DNA from: a virus
Length of the DNA stretch: 64,000 nt
Direction: 5' to 3' (one strand)
Virus record (IMG/VR): IMGVR_UViG_3300044611_001420
The notes beneath the pieces were generated by a model. That model was given only the letters and a program-made list of their open reading frames with translations, was not told where the DNA came from and did no database searches. Position numbers and translations under genes: made by a program. This document shows positions 19,997 through 28,935 of the stretch, piece after piece (position 1 is the first letter of the stretch; every line of letters starts with the position of its first letter).

Positions 19997-20683
19997 ATGA
20001 TAAAATTGTGTGATAGTGTAAAAAATGGAAGACTTGCAAATAAATTACTCCAGAATATTGGAATAAGTGTTCTTGCAAAGAAGTATAATTATTTTCCTGA
20101 ATATCATGATATTGAGGAAAATAAATTAATTGGACTTAATTTATTTTATGGTAAAGAAAAAAAATCAAACTTTGTTTGGTATGATGAGCATGAAAGTTTA
20201 AAAAAACTTTTAGATGGAGTAGATATAGATCATGGTATCATTTATCATGGGTACTTTCAACAAAGGTATTTTTTATTAAATTGTAAAAAATATTTAGATG
20301 ATGTAATTAAAAAAAAAGAAATAAAAAAATATAACAAAGTTTTTGTTCATGTTAGACTTGGTGATCAGACACATACAAATCCCGGTATTTTATATTACGA
20401 AAAAATATTAGATTCCATTTCGTTTAGTGGTGGAATGATTTCTAGTGATAGTTTAGAAAATCCAATGATAACAAATTTATCGGAAAAATATAATCTTAAA
20501 ATTTTTAATTCTTCTCCGATAGATACTATAATTGTTGGATCTGAGTATGAATATAGGGTTTTGAGTAATGGATCTTTTAGTTGGATGATTGGATATCTTG
20601 GAAATAATGACAAAGTTTTTTGTCCAACTACTTTGACTTATCATGGTGATATGTTTGTTTATCCTGAATGGAATTATTTTTAG
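19997..20683 (+). CDS. Alpha-1,2-fucosyltransferase-like (GT11)
   Basis: GRLAN, GYFQ, VHVRLGD, SNGSFSW. Confidence 0.82.
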   Translation: MIKLCDSVKNGRLANKLLQNIGISVLAKKYNYFPEYHDIEENKLIGLNLFYGKEKKSNFVWYDEHESLKKLLDGVDIDHGIIYHGYFQQRYFLLNCKKYLDDVIKKKEIKKYNKVFVHVRLGDQTHTNPGILYYEKILDSISFSGGMISSDSLENPMITNLSEKYNLKIFNSSPIDTIIVGSEYEYRVLSNGSFSWMIGYLGNNDKVFCPTTLTYHGDMFVYPEWNYF

Positions 20684-20690
20684 AGGTAAA

Positions 20691-21584
20691 ATGAAAAGTT
20701 TAGTTACAGGTGCAGCAGGATTTATTGGTTCAACTCTTGTTGATGAATTAATCAAACAGGGACACGAAGTTATTGCAATTGATAATGAGAGTGCAGAATC
20801 CAATGAAGAATTTTATTGGAATGATGAAGCACAAAATTATAAGTATGATATTTGTGATTACGAAAAAACCAGGTCTCTTTATGATGGGATTGATTATGTA
20901 TTTCATCTTGCTGCTGAGGCAAGGATTCAACCAGCAATTTTAAGTCCTATTGAAGCAGTTAGTATTAATTGTGTAGGTACTGTTACAGTCCTTCAGTGTG
21001 CCAGAGAAGCAGGAGTAAAGAAAGTGATTTATTCTTCTACATCTTCTGGTTATGGATTTAATGAAAAACCAAATCACGAAAATCAACGAGATGATTGTTT
21101 AAATCCATATTCGGTATCTAAAGTTGCTGGAGAAAAACTCTGCAAAATGTATAATGACTTATTCGGTCTTAAAACAATTTCCTTTAGGTATTTTAATGTT
21201 TATGGTGAAAGGCAACCTTTAAAAGGACAATATGCTCCAGTTATTGGTATTTTCTTACGTCAACGAAAGGATGGTGAACCTCTTACTATTGTTGGGGATG
21301 GGGAACAACGTAGAGACTTTACACACGTATCTGATGTAGTTCAAGCAAATATTCTTGCAGCAACAAAAGATATTGATGATGAATATTATGGTGAACTTTA
21401 TAATGTAGGTAATGGTGTGAATTACTCAATTAATGAAATTGCAAATGTTATATCTGATAATCAAATAAATATTCCAGCAAGAATTGGAGAATCACGAATT
21501 ACTCTTGCAAATAATGGAAAATTGAGAACCATTTTTGGATGGAGACCTCAAGTAAATTTAATGGATTGGATTAAAACTCAATGA
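20691..21584 (+). CDS. NAD-dependent nucleotide-sugar epimerase (WcaG/GalE-like)
   Basis: VTGAAGFIGS, FHLAA, YSVSK, RYFNVYG, RDFTHVSDV. Confidence 0.92.
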   Translation: MKSLVTGAAGFIGSTLVDELIKQGHEVIAIDNESAESNEEFYWNDEAQNYKYDICDYEKTRSLYDGIDYVFHLAAEARIQPAILSPIEAVSINCVGTVTVLQCAREAGVKKVIYSSTSSGYGFNEKPNHENQRDDCLNPYSVSKVAGEKLCKMYNDLFGLKTISFRYFNVYGERQPLKGQYAPVIGIFLRQRKDGEPLTIVGDGEQRRDFTHVSDVVQANILAATKDIDDEYYGELYNVGNGVNYSINEIANVISDNQINIPARIGESRITLANNGKLRTIFGWRPQVNLMDWIKTQ

Positions 21585-22285
21585 ATTTATTAATAGAATA
21601 TTTTAGATCCCCTGATTATCAGAGGCATAGTGAATATCTTACTTGTATTCACGAGAATTTGGAAAATGAGTACATTGATAAAGTTTATATTTTTATATCA
21701 GATGATGCAAAGTTAAATTTTCAATCTGATAAAATAGAAATTGTTCAAAGAGAAGAAAGGCCAACATATAAGGACCTTTTTGAATTTTGTAATGAAAATC
21801 TAAAAGATCAAATTTGTATTATTGCAAATGCTGATATTATTCTTGATGAAACTTTATCTGCAGTTAAAGAAACTAATTTAGATAATATTTTTGTTGCTTT
21901 AACACGATGGGAAGTATTTTGCCAAAATGGTGAGTGGTGTATTGCTCCATTTGATAATTCTTCTTCCCAAGATGTTTGGGTGTTTACTACACCAATTAAA
22001 ACAACTGAAGAAATGAATTTTACATTAGGAAAACCTGGATGTGATAATAAAATTGCTAAATTGATGGCAGAACAAGGATATACATTAAAAAATCCAGGAA
22101 AACAAATAGTATGTGCTCACTATCATATTTCTGGACATAGAAATTATAATAATGATGATAGAATTCCTGGTCCATATACTTGCTTAGTGCCAAATAATGA
22201 TATTAATACAGAGACACAACTTATTGAAATTGATGGTTTTGATGAACAAGGAAGAGCATATATTATACAGAAGGAAAATTTATAA
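21581..22285 (+). CDS. Putative glycosyltransferase (GT-A-like)
   Basis: IIANADI, ALTRW, SQDVW, GKPGCDN. Confidence 0.5.
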   Translation: MNLLIEYFRSPDYQRHSEYLTCIHENLENEYIDKVYIFISDDAKLNFQSDKIEIVQREERPTYKDLFEFCNENLKDQICIIANADIILDETLSAVKETNLDNIFVALTRWEVFCQNGEWCIAPFDNSSSQDVWVFTTPIKTTEEMNFTLGKPGCDNKIAKLMAEQGYTLKNPGKQIVCAHYHISGHRNYNNDDRIPGPYTCLVPNNDINTETQLIEIDGFDEQGRAYIIQKENL

Positions 22286-23085
22286 TGAAAATTGGAATAA
22301 TTGGAAATGGATTTGTTGGTAATGCTATATACCAAAATCTAAAAAATAAGATTCAAAATTTATTTGTTTTTGATGTTGATGAAAAAAGATCTTTAAATTC
22401 TTATGATGAAACTATAAATTCAGATATTGTTTTTGTTTGTCTTCCAACACCAATGAAAAATAAAATGGGTGGAGGATGCAATTTATCTTATATTGAATCA
22501 TTTTTTGAAGATCTTCCTAAAAATCTATCTGGGATTTTTGTTATAAAATCTACTGTTCCTATTGGAACTACCAAAGCATTAAGTGAAAAAAGATTAGATT
22601 TAAAAATAATTCATAATCCAGAATTCTTAACTGCCAGAAATTCTGTAGAAGATTTTAATAATGCTGATAGAAATATTATTGGTGGAGAAAAAGAATCATC
22701 TCAAAAATTAGAAAATTTTTATTTAAACTATTTTCCTCATATCAAAAATATTTTAGTTTCTTTTGAAGAATCTGAATCAATAAAATACTTTTCTAACACA
22801 TATCTTTCAATGAAAGTCACTTATTTTAATTTAATGTTTGATTTATGTGACAAACTTGGAATTGATTTTGAGAAAGTTAGAAGTGGTGTTTGTTTGGATA
22901 AAAGGATTGGTGAATCTCATAGTTTGGTTCCAGGCATTGATGGAGACAGGGGATTTGGTGGAACTTGTTTTCCGAAAGATTTAAATGCTCTTAATGAAAC
23001 TTTTAATGATAACGATTTGAATAGTTCTATATTTTCTGAGATTTGGAATTATAACATTAAGATTAGAAAAAATATTGATTGGTGA
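22285..23085 (+). CDS. ugd: UDP-glucose/GDP-mannose dehydrogenase, short form lacking the C-terminal UDP-binding domain
   Basis: GIIGNGFVG, CLPTP, IKSTVPIG, NPEFL, KYFSN, GFGGTCFPKD. Confidence 0.88.
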   Translation: MKIGIIGNGFVGNAIYQNLKNKIQNLFVFDVDEKRSLNSYDETINSDIVFVCLPTPMKNKMGGGCNLSYIESFFEDLPKNLSGIFVIKSTVPIGTTKALSEKRLDLKIIHNPEFLTARNSVEDFNNADRNIIGGEKESSQKLENFYLNYFPHIKNILVSFEESESIKYFSNTYLSMKVTYFNLMFDLCDKLGIDFEKVRSGVCLDKRIGESHSLVPGIDGDRGFGGTCFPKDLNALNETFNDNDLNSSIFSEIWNYNIKIRKNIDW

Positions 23086-23130
23086 ATATAATTTAGCAAA
23101 TCCTAACACAATTAGGTATAAATTACTACT

Positions 23131-23167
23131 AGAGGGGCTTGACCCCTCTTTATTTTTGCTATATAAT
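23131..23167 (+). promoter_or_regulatory. Terminator hairpin with embedded sigma70-type promoter for hli
   Basis: AGAGGGG-CTTGA-CCCCTCT; TTGACC(23139)-17 bp-TATAAT(23162). Confidence 0.7.
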
Positions 23168-23194
23168 TCTGTAATGTTTCTTAACAAAACTTAT

Positions 23195-23404
23195 ATGACT
23201 GTAACCAAAAATGAATTTGGGCAAATGAATATGTGGGCAAAAGAACCTTCTATGTATATGACTAAGGAAGATCTTGAGCGTTATGGTATTGAACCTTATG
23301 CCGAAAAGGCGGAGAAAATGAATGGACGCTGGGCAATGGTCGGTTTTATTGCTGCTATCATTTCTTATGTTGGCACTGGTAAACTCTTCTTCGGTATCTT
23401 CTGA
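23195..23404 (+). CDS. hli: High-light inducible protein
   Basis: AEKMNGRWAMVGF chlorophyll-binding motif. Confidence 0.93.
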   Translation: MTVTKNEFGQMNMWAKEPSMYMTKEDLERYGIEPYAEKAEKMNGRWAMVGFIAAIISYVGTGKLFFGIF

Positions 23405-23654
23405 TGACTGAATTAATTTTCACCATTACCTCAGTTGCATTTTTTGTGACTTTGGGTTATGCTGTAGAGAAACTTGCCGAAACTTATTGATGAGTGCTAA
23501 TATGCTTGGGCAACTTTCTGTTGCTCTTCAAGAACTGGTTGAATCTGGTGCCTGGAATAATAATGACAAACTTAAAGTCTGTATCGCAGGTACTCTACCA
23601 AAAGACAAATTTATTGTAATTCAAAACACTACTAAAAGAGGAGAAACAAAATGA
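23404..23654 (+). CDS. Two coupled micro-ORFs (23404-23490, 28 aa membrane peptide; 23490-23654, 54 aa)
   Basis: Translated by hand; TGATG/ATGA overlaps link them to both hli genes. Confidence 0.55.
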
Positions 23655-23770
23655 AATTCGGATGGACTGAACAAGCAGAATTGCTAAATGGAAGATTGGC
23701 AATGCTAGGATTTGTTGTTGCTGTAGGCACTTATCTCACTACCGGACAAATTATTCCTGGAATTTTTTGA
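23651..23770 (+). CDS. hli: High-light inducible protein (39 aa, absent from ORF track)
   Basis: MKFGWTEQAELLNGRLAMLGFVVAVGTYLTTGQIIPGIF. Confidence 0.93.
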   Translation: MKFGWTEQAELLNGRLAMLGFVVAVGTYLTTGQIIPGIF

Positions 23771-23789
23771 TAATACTTAATATTTTTTT

Positions 23790-23822
23790 ACTCTGTTGCT
23801 AAATAAGCAGCAGAGTTTTTTT
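23790..23822 (+). terminator. Terminator with TAAATA in the loop
   Basis: ACTCTGTTGC-TAAATAA-GCAGCAGAGT plus T-run. Confidence 0.7.
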
Positions 23823-23827
23823 GTATT

Positions 23828-23992
23828 ATGCCACGAGGACAACTGACTAAAGATATTATCAAGTGTGAAGTTCTTAAAATAAAATCAAACCTGGATAAAG
23901 AGTGGATGGATAAATCTGGATATGACCCAAAATGGTTAGCACATCAATACCTAAATAAAGTTCTTGATAAAATAGAAGAGTATAGGTATTAA
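23828..23992 (+). CDS. Small hypothetical protein (54 aa)
   Basis: Translated by hand: MPRGQLTKDIIK...LDKIEEYRY. Confidence 0.6.
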   Translation: MPRGQLTKDIIKCEVLKIKSNLDKEWMDKSGYDPKWLAHQYLNKVLDKIEEYRY

Positions 23993-24030
23993 AATAAATA
24001 AATACCTTCAGTGTCTGTAAATATAAAAAA

Positions 24031-24702
24031 ATGACATTAGATCTTCATAACTTTTTTAAGTATTATGATGATGGAAATTCGAATCATGTGGCAGCAGTGC
24101 AATGGTTAGAGGATAACCTTCCTGCTGAATTCATGGATGACTCAGAAACAGAATGGATTGGAATCTTTAGAACTAAACCACCTACACCAGCAGTTCTTGA
24201 TGTTCCATATTTTAATCAAGTAGATAATTATAGAGATGCACATAGAACTTGTAACAGTTCATCATGTGCTATGTGTCTTGCTTTCCTCAAACCAGGAAGC
24301 ATTAAAGGTGATGATGAATATGTTAAGAAAGTATTTGCGATTGGTGACACGACAGACCATGCGGTTCAGACAAAGGTTCTCGCAGGTTATGGTATTAAGT
24401 CTCACTTTAGTTATAATCTTTCTTTTGCTGACATTGATAAGAGCCTTGATAGGGGAAAACCAGTTGTCATTGGAATTCTTCATCGTGGTTCTCTAACTTC
24501 CCCTACTGGTGGACACATGTGCGTAGTCATCGGTAAGACACCTGATGGTAAAGGATACTATGTAAATGATCCTTATGGTTCTCTAAACGATAACTATACT
24601 GGTCCAGTTACAAATGGTAAGAAGACCATTTATACCAAAGCAGTTCTTAAGCACCGTTGGGCACCTACCGGAGGGGACGGATGGGGTCGTATCTTTGATT
24701 GA
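24031..24702 (+). CDS. Peptidase C39-like protein with N-terminal domain shared with the endolysin
   Basis: VPYFNQ.D, C.SSSCAM (catalytic Cys), GHMCVVIG, VNDPYG. Confidence 0.85.
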   Translation: MTLDLHNFFKYYDDGNSNHVAAVQWLEDNLPAEFMDDSETEWIGIFRTKPPTPAVLDVPYFNQVDNYRDAHRTCNSSSCAMCLAFLKPGSIKGDDEYVKKVFAIGDTTDHAVQTKVLAGYGIKSHFSYNLSFADIDKSLDRGKPVVIGILHRGSLTSPTGGHMCVVIGKTPDGKGYYVNDPYGSLNDNYTGPVTNGKKTIYTKAVLKHRWAPTGGDGWGRIFD

Positions 24703-24715
24703 TAAATAATAATGC

Positions 24716-24799
24716 CTTAATTGGTTCGCATCTTTAAGGTAGAGGGGGGAGCAGAAATGCTCCTTTTCTTGTATAAATACTATTGCGAACCAATTTAAG
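24716..24799 (+). promoter_or_regulatory. Leader of homing endonuclease: long-range inverted repeat enclosing a terminator and late promoter
   Basis: AATTGGTTCGCA (24719-24730) pairs with TGCGAACCAATT (24784-24795); inner GGAGCA-GAAA-TGCTCC plus T-run; TATAAATA at 24772. Confidence 0.65.
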
Positions 24800-24806
24800 A
24801 GTAGAA

Positions 24807-25442
24807 ATGGTAAATCCTAACAGGTTTTATACCTATGCCTATTTACGTGAGGATAGAACTCCTTATTACATAGGTAAGGGAGTAAGATATAGATTATTTG
24901 AAGGTAGTGGAAAACCTTGTCCTGTTCCAAAAGATAAAAATAGAATAATCTTTCTCAAACAAAATCTTATAGAAGAGGAAGCATTTAAACACGAAACTTA
25001 TATGATAAGTGTGTTCGGCAGAAAGATTGATGGTGGAATTCTTTTGAATAAAACTTTTGGTGGTGAAGGTGCTTCTGGTAGAGTAGTCAAAGATTCCACC
25101 AGAGTAATTCTTAAAGAGAAATGTAGTGGGTGGAAACACACACCAGAAGCAATAGAAAAAATAAGACAAAGTTCTTTGAGTAGGATATATTCCCCAAAAA
25201 GTGAGGAAACAAAAAGAAAAATAAGTAATACTCTAAAAGGAAGAAAATTATCAAAAGAGTTGGTAGATAAAAGAACTCAATCTGTCTGTAAAAATACTTA
25301 TGTCATAATATCACCAGATGGGGTTAAATATAATACCAATAATTTAAAAGAATTCCAAAGACAAAATAATTTAAAACATCTTTATGATGTGGTTTCTGGT
25401 AAAAGGAAACAAGAGAAAGGTTGGACTGCTTTTAAAATATAA
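24807..25442 (+). mobile_element. Free-standing homing endonuclease (GIY-YIG variant with NUMOD3-like repeats)
   Basis: YTYAYLRED.TPYYIGKG; LLNKTFGGEG; HTPEAIEKIR and KSEETKRKIS repeats. Confidence 0.8.
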
Positions 25443-25464
25443 ATAACTAAAAAGTATTTGTAAA

Positions 25465-25836
25465 ATGGACGCACAAGAACTTCGTGCCCTTCAAGAAGCT
25501 TATAATCAAGTTTATCAGGTTGATGAAGAACTTACTGGTGCTCGCAAACAAAAAGCATCTGATTTACTTAATAGAAAACTAAGAGATGTTGAAACTCTTA
25601 GAAAACTTAGTGCTCGTAAAAGACAAAAACCAGAAGATGTTGGTTCTGGTAATAAAGCAAGAAGAAGAGCAGGTAAAGAAGTAAAGGATAGTCGTATTGC
25701 TGTATCTGATAGTTATGACTATTACGACATCATCCTCTCACACTTACTTGATGAAGGATATGCTGAAACTCCAGAAGCAGCAGAAGCAATTATGGTGAAT
25801 ATGAGTGAAGATTGGAGAGAGAGTATTATTGGTTAA
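25465..25836 (+). CDS. Cassette-family basic protein (putative head-internal protein)
   Basis: Late promoter at 25438; conserved N-term MDAQELRALQEAY and C-term YDIILSHLLDEGYAETPEAAEAIMVNMSEDWRESIIG. Confidence 0.8.
   Translation: MDAQELRALQEAYNQVYQVDEELTGARKQKASDLLNRKLRDVETLRKLSARKRQKPEDVGSGNKARRRAGKEVKDSRIAVSDSYDYYDIILSHLLDEGYAETPEAAEAIMVNMSEDWRESIIG
25723..25836 (+). repeat. Dispersed repeat, copy A (3' end of cassette gene)
   Basis: 104/114 nt identical to 32393-32506 by hand alignment. Confidence 0.9.
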
Positions 25837-25842
25837 ATACTT

Positions 25843-25989
25843 ATGGAGAATGAAAACTCCTCGATTAATTTCAAGAGAAAGATCTTACAAAGAATTAAAG
25901 ATCTTACAAATCACGGAAAGCACTTAGAAGCTTCCAAACTTTTCAACAAATACTTTGGAGACGACAATGGCAAGAATCGATTTACATAA
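25843..25989 (+). CDS. Small hypothetical protein (48 aa)
   Basis: Translated by hand; fills the gap before the lysozyme. Confidence 0.45.
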   Translation: MENENSSINFKRKILQRIKDLTNHGKHLEASKLFNKYFGDDNGKNRFT

Positions 25990-26638
25990 CTTCTTCAAGT
26001 TCTATGACGAGAAGAACCCTAATCATGTGAAAGCAGTTCAATGGTTAGAAGATAACCTACCAGTCAAGTATCTGGAAGATAACGTAGATTGGGCGGAGAT
26101 CTACAGAGGAAAAAAGGGTAATGCGGCACCAGCATCAGCACCAACTGCTGCCGCTCCTGTAGTTGGTGGTGACGATATGCCTATGATAGGCCTTAAATTA
26201 ATCAAAGAGTTTGAAGGATGTCATCTAAAGGCATATCCCGATCCTCTATCTGGTGGACTTCCAATCACAATTGGTTGGGGTTCAACTCGTAAGAAAGATG
26301 GATCTGCATTCCATATGGGTGATACTCTCACACAAACAGAAGCAGATGAACTTTTGATTGAACAATGTAAGAGAGAGTTTCTTCCTTCACTTCGTAAAAT
26401 TCCACACTGGAATGAAATGTCTGACGGCAAAAGAGGTGCCCTACTTTCTTTTGCTTATAATCTCGGTGCTGGTTTTTATGGTTCTGGTGATTTTAATACT
26501 ATCACTAAGAGACTGAAGAATAAAGAATGGGACTTAGTTCCAGATGCTTTATATCTCTACAGAAATCCTGGTTCAAATGTAGAAGCAGGTCTTGCTCGTA
26601 GAAGAAAAGCAGAAGGTGAATCTTGGAAAAAAGGTTAA
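25967..26638 (+). CDS. Endolysin, GH24 lysozyme with shared N-terminal domain
   Basis: LIKEFEGC.LKAYPD, TIGWGST, ALLSFAYNLG, GLARRRKAE. Confidence 0.92.
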   Translation: MARIDLHNFFKFYDEKNPNHVKAVQWLEDNLPVKYLEDNVDWAEIYRGKKGNAAPASAPTAAAPVVGGDDMPMIGLKLIKEFEGCHLKAYPDPLSGGLPITIGWGSTRKKDGSAFHMGDTLTQTEADELLIEQCKREFLPSLRKIPHWNEMSDGKRGALLSFAYNLGAGFYGSGDFNTITKRLKNKEWDLVPDALYLYRNPGSNVEAGLARRRKAEGESWKKG

Positions 26639-26656
26639 CCCTATTCACAAAGGAAA

Positions 26657-27013
26657 ATGACTACTAAGAAAAACGAAAATGCTATGGGACAATTAATTCG
26701 TATATGTATCTTGGGTTGGTCTGCTGCTCTTCTTACTGCAAGTTATGCGGGCACTCTATCTAAGATGGACCCAACTTTTATCGCTACAGTCTTCACAGCA
26801 TCTGCTGCTACTTTTGGTATTAATACGATGAAGAAAGGTGGAGATGATGAAGATGAAAAAAAGCAAGAACCTAAAAGAGAAGAGTTTGTAGAAACTCCAC
26901 CAGAACCACCTGCCCCTGAAGCACCACCAGAAACTCTTGAAGCAAGAGTTGAAGCACTGGAAACTAAAGTAGAAGATGGTGAAGGATTCGTTCAACCACG
27001 CACAGGAGCATAA
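26657..27013 (+). CDS. Two-TM membrane protein with acidic/Pro-rich tail (holin candidate)
   Basis: Two hydrophobic helices; directly after the endolysin. Confidence 0.5.
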   Translation: MTTKKNENAMGQLIRICILGWSAALLTASYAGTLSKMDPTFIATVFTASAATFGINTMKKGGDDEDEKKQEPKREEFVETPPEPPAPEAPPETLEARVEALETKVEDGEGFVQPRTGA

Positions 27014-27126
27014 TGGCAAAATCAGCAAACAAAGGTAAGAAGGGTTCTGCTGGAGGTAAAAATTCTAAGCAGAATCAAGGTAATGCTACTGCAAAGAAAG
27101 CAAAGAACGGTGGTAAGAAAAAATAA
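27013..27126 (+). CDS. Highly basic 37-aa K/G-rich peptide
   Basis: MAKSANKGKKGSAGGKNSKQNQGNATAKKAKNGGKKK; AGGAG RBS; TAATG coupling. Confidence 0.65.
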   Translation: MAKSANKGKKGSAGGKNSKQNQGNATAKKAKNGGKKK

Positions 27127-27135
27127 TGAGGTTTT

Positions 27136-27336
27136 ATGCCAAGAGAGTGGAATACTCCCAAGCGTCAATGTTGGAACGCCCCAATTCACCAAATTCTTAA
27201 AGCAATAGATAATCACACCCGCCTTCATATGGAGACGGGTGATTTTTGGCATGAAGAACAAGCACAAATATTAAGAAAATATGTAAAAGATTTAAAGATA
27301 TGGATTCATAAGCAAGAAGGTGTTTGGGATGAATGA
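27136..27336 (+). CDS. Hypothetical protein
   Basis: GAGG RBS; 66 aa. Confidence 0.65.
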   Translation: MPREWNTPKRQCWNAPIHQILKAIDNHTRLHMETGDFWHEEQAQILRKYVKDLKIWIHKQEGVWDE

Positions 27337-27434
27337 ATTTCCTTGGGGTGTAGTTATAATTCTTTGTTCTGGTTTGGTATTTACTGCTTATGTAATTTAC
27401 TACATATTAAAGTTAGCATCCGAGGAGATGAAAG

Positions 27435-27647
27435 ATGAAACATCTGAGTCTAATTCTATCAATCACAAGTCTAAGCATTAGTGGTGCTCTTTGCGTAGGA
27501 GCATACATTACTTATCAAAAAGCACAGAAGATTCTAGATAATCCGGAAGCATTTGTTGGTGCTGTTGTAGAGAAACAGGTATCAAAAGCATTTGAAAAAT
27601 TACCTATTCCTAAACTAAATACTGAGAAGTTTAAATTACCATTCTAA
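27435..27647 (+). CDS. Small membrane protein
   Basis: N-terminal hydrophobic helix; GAGGAG RBS. Confidence 0.65.
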   Translation: MKHLSLILSITSLSISGALCVGAYITYQKAQKILDNPEAFVGAVVEKQVSKAFEKLPIPKLNTEKFKLPF

Positions 27648-28051
27648 TGGATAAAGACCCATATATCTACAGAGTAAAACAAGTATTGAGAGTAGTTGAT
27701 GGTGACACAATCGATGCGGATATTGATCTTGGCTTCGATATTTCTCTTACTAAGCGAGTACGCCTTAGTGGTGTTGATACTCCGGAAAGTCGTACAACCG
27801 ATCTCAAAGAAAAAGCACTTGGATTAGAAGTCAAAGAATGGTTGAAAAAAAATCTTGATGGTAAAAAAAATATTCTCATTAAAACGGAACTTCCAGACTC
27901 AACTGAAAAGTATGGAAGAATTCTTGGAAGGTTATATGTTGATGATGTATGTCTTAATGATCGTATGATCTCTGAAGGATATGCTTGGGAATACTCAGGA
28001 GGAACAAAGAAAAAGGATTTTGCTGAACTTGACGCAAAGCGTAAGAAGTGA
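27647..28051 (+). CDS. Thermonuclease (SNase-like)
   Basis: RVVDGDTI, RVRLSGVDTPE, KYGRILG, EGYAW.Y. Confidence 0.9.
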   Translation: MDKDPYIYRVKQVLRVVDGDTIDADIDLGFDISLTKRVRLSGVDTPESRTTDLKEKALGLEVKEWLKKNLDGKKNILIKTELPDSTEKYGRILGRLYVDDVCLNDRMISEGYAWEYSGGTKKKDFAELDAKRKK

Positions 28052-28251
28052 TTTACTTTAATATTGTAAGACTATTCTTAATCATTTGGAGTGCTTTAAT
28101 GATTTCTGCTGTTGAATCTGTTGCGATTCGCACAGAAGGACAAGTGGAACTTGATAATGCTAGTAGAGATGCTTATACTAAAGTTCTTGTACTTGCTGTA
28201 GGTTCTTTTCTTGGTGATGTTGCATTTAAAATAAAGAATAAATCAAAATAA
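28048..28251 (+). CDS. Small membrane protein
   Basis: Two hydrophobic segments. Confidence 0.5.
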   Translation: MIYFNIVRLFLIIWSALMISAVESVAIRTEGQVELDNASRDAYTKVLVLAVGSFLGDVAFKIKNKSK

Positions 28252-28935
28252 TTACTTTGAGTGAAACTTCTTATATTGTTCTTTCTTTTCGTTCTTCCCT
28301 TCTTTTTTGAGTAACTTATTGACTTTTTTCATAGAAGAAGTTTTTTCAAAAGCAAAATAAACCTGAAGTTCATAAGGAGTAAGATCTCTATTCAAGAGTT
28401 TCTTACCCCTTATGAATATCTGCTGAACAATAGGTTTCATTTTACCTACCATCCATTCCACCAAAGATTTGCCAACAATAGCCGCAGCAACAGAAGCAGT
28501 AGCAGTGGTGCCAGCAAGCATAACCTGTTCTTTCGGAGGAACTGGAACTTCCCCGATGATTGGTACTTCAATGACGGGTACTCCTAAATTACTAGTTTGT
28601 ATTGGTTGATCGGAATATTTCCGATCATCTGGGGGGGTTTGAACAACTGGGGGCAGTTGAGGGGTAGGGGTAGTATCTGGAAGTCCTCTGGATTTTTCTT
28701 CTTTTTCTTCTTCTTTCTTTTTTTGCTCTGCTCTTACGGCAGCATCAAACTCTTCTTGAGTTGGAACATCGATCACTGGATACTTTATAGTGGTATCTGG
28801 CATATTAATAATTGGCATATCAACACTTGGTATCACAGATCGTTCTGCTTTCCTAATTACGGGAGGTTCTATTGTTGGAATAATTGATGGAGCATCAATC
28901 CTAGAAGAATTAATTTTTATTGGTTTTATTTCCAT
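28252..28935 (-). CDS. Pro-rich protein with C-terminal membrane/amphipathic segment
   Basis: Last gene of the minus-strand operon; 227 aa. Confidence 0.7.
   Translation of the reverse strand: MEIKPIKINSSRIDAPSIIPTIEPPVIRKAERSVIPSVDMPIINMPDTTIKYPVIDVPTQEEFDAAVRAEQKKKEEEKEEKSRGLPDTTPTPQLPPVVQTPPDDRKYSDQPIQTSNLGVPVIEVPIIGEVPVPPKEQVMLAGTTATASVAAAIVGKSLVEWMVGKMKPIVQQIFIRGKKLLNRDLTPYELQVYFAFEKTSSMKKVNKLLKKEGKNEKKEQYKKFHSK

Noticed and set aside
22285-23085. ugd as a pseudogene
   Set aside because: Catalytic motifs are intact with no frameshift remnant downstream; treated as a short form
25878-25910. Direct repeat AAAGATCTTACAAA twice
   Set aside because: Only two short copies within a small ORF; no functional support
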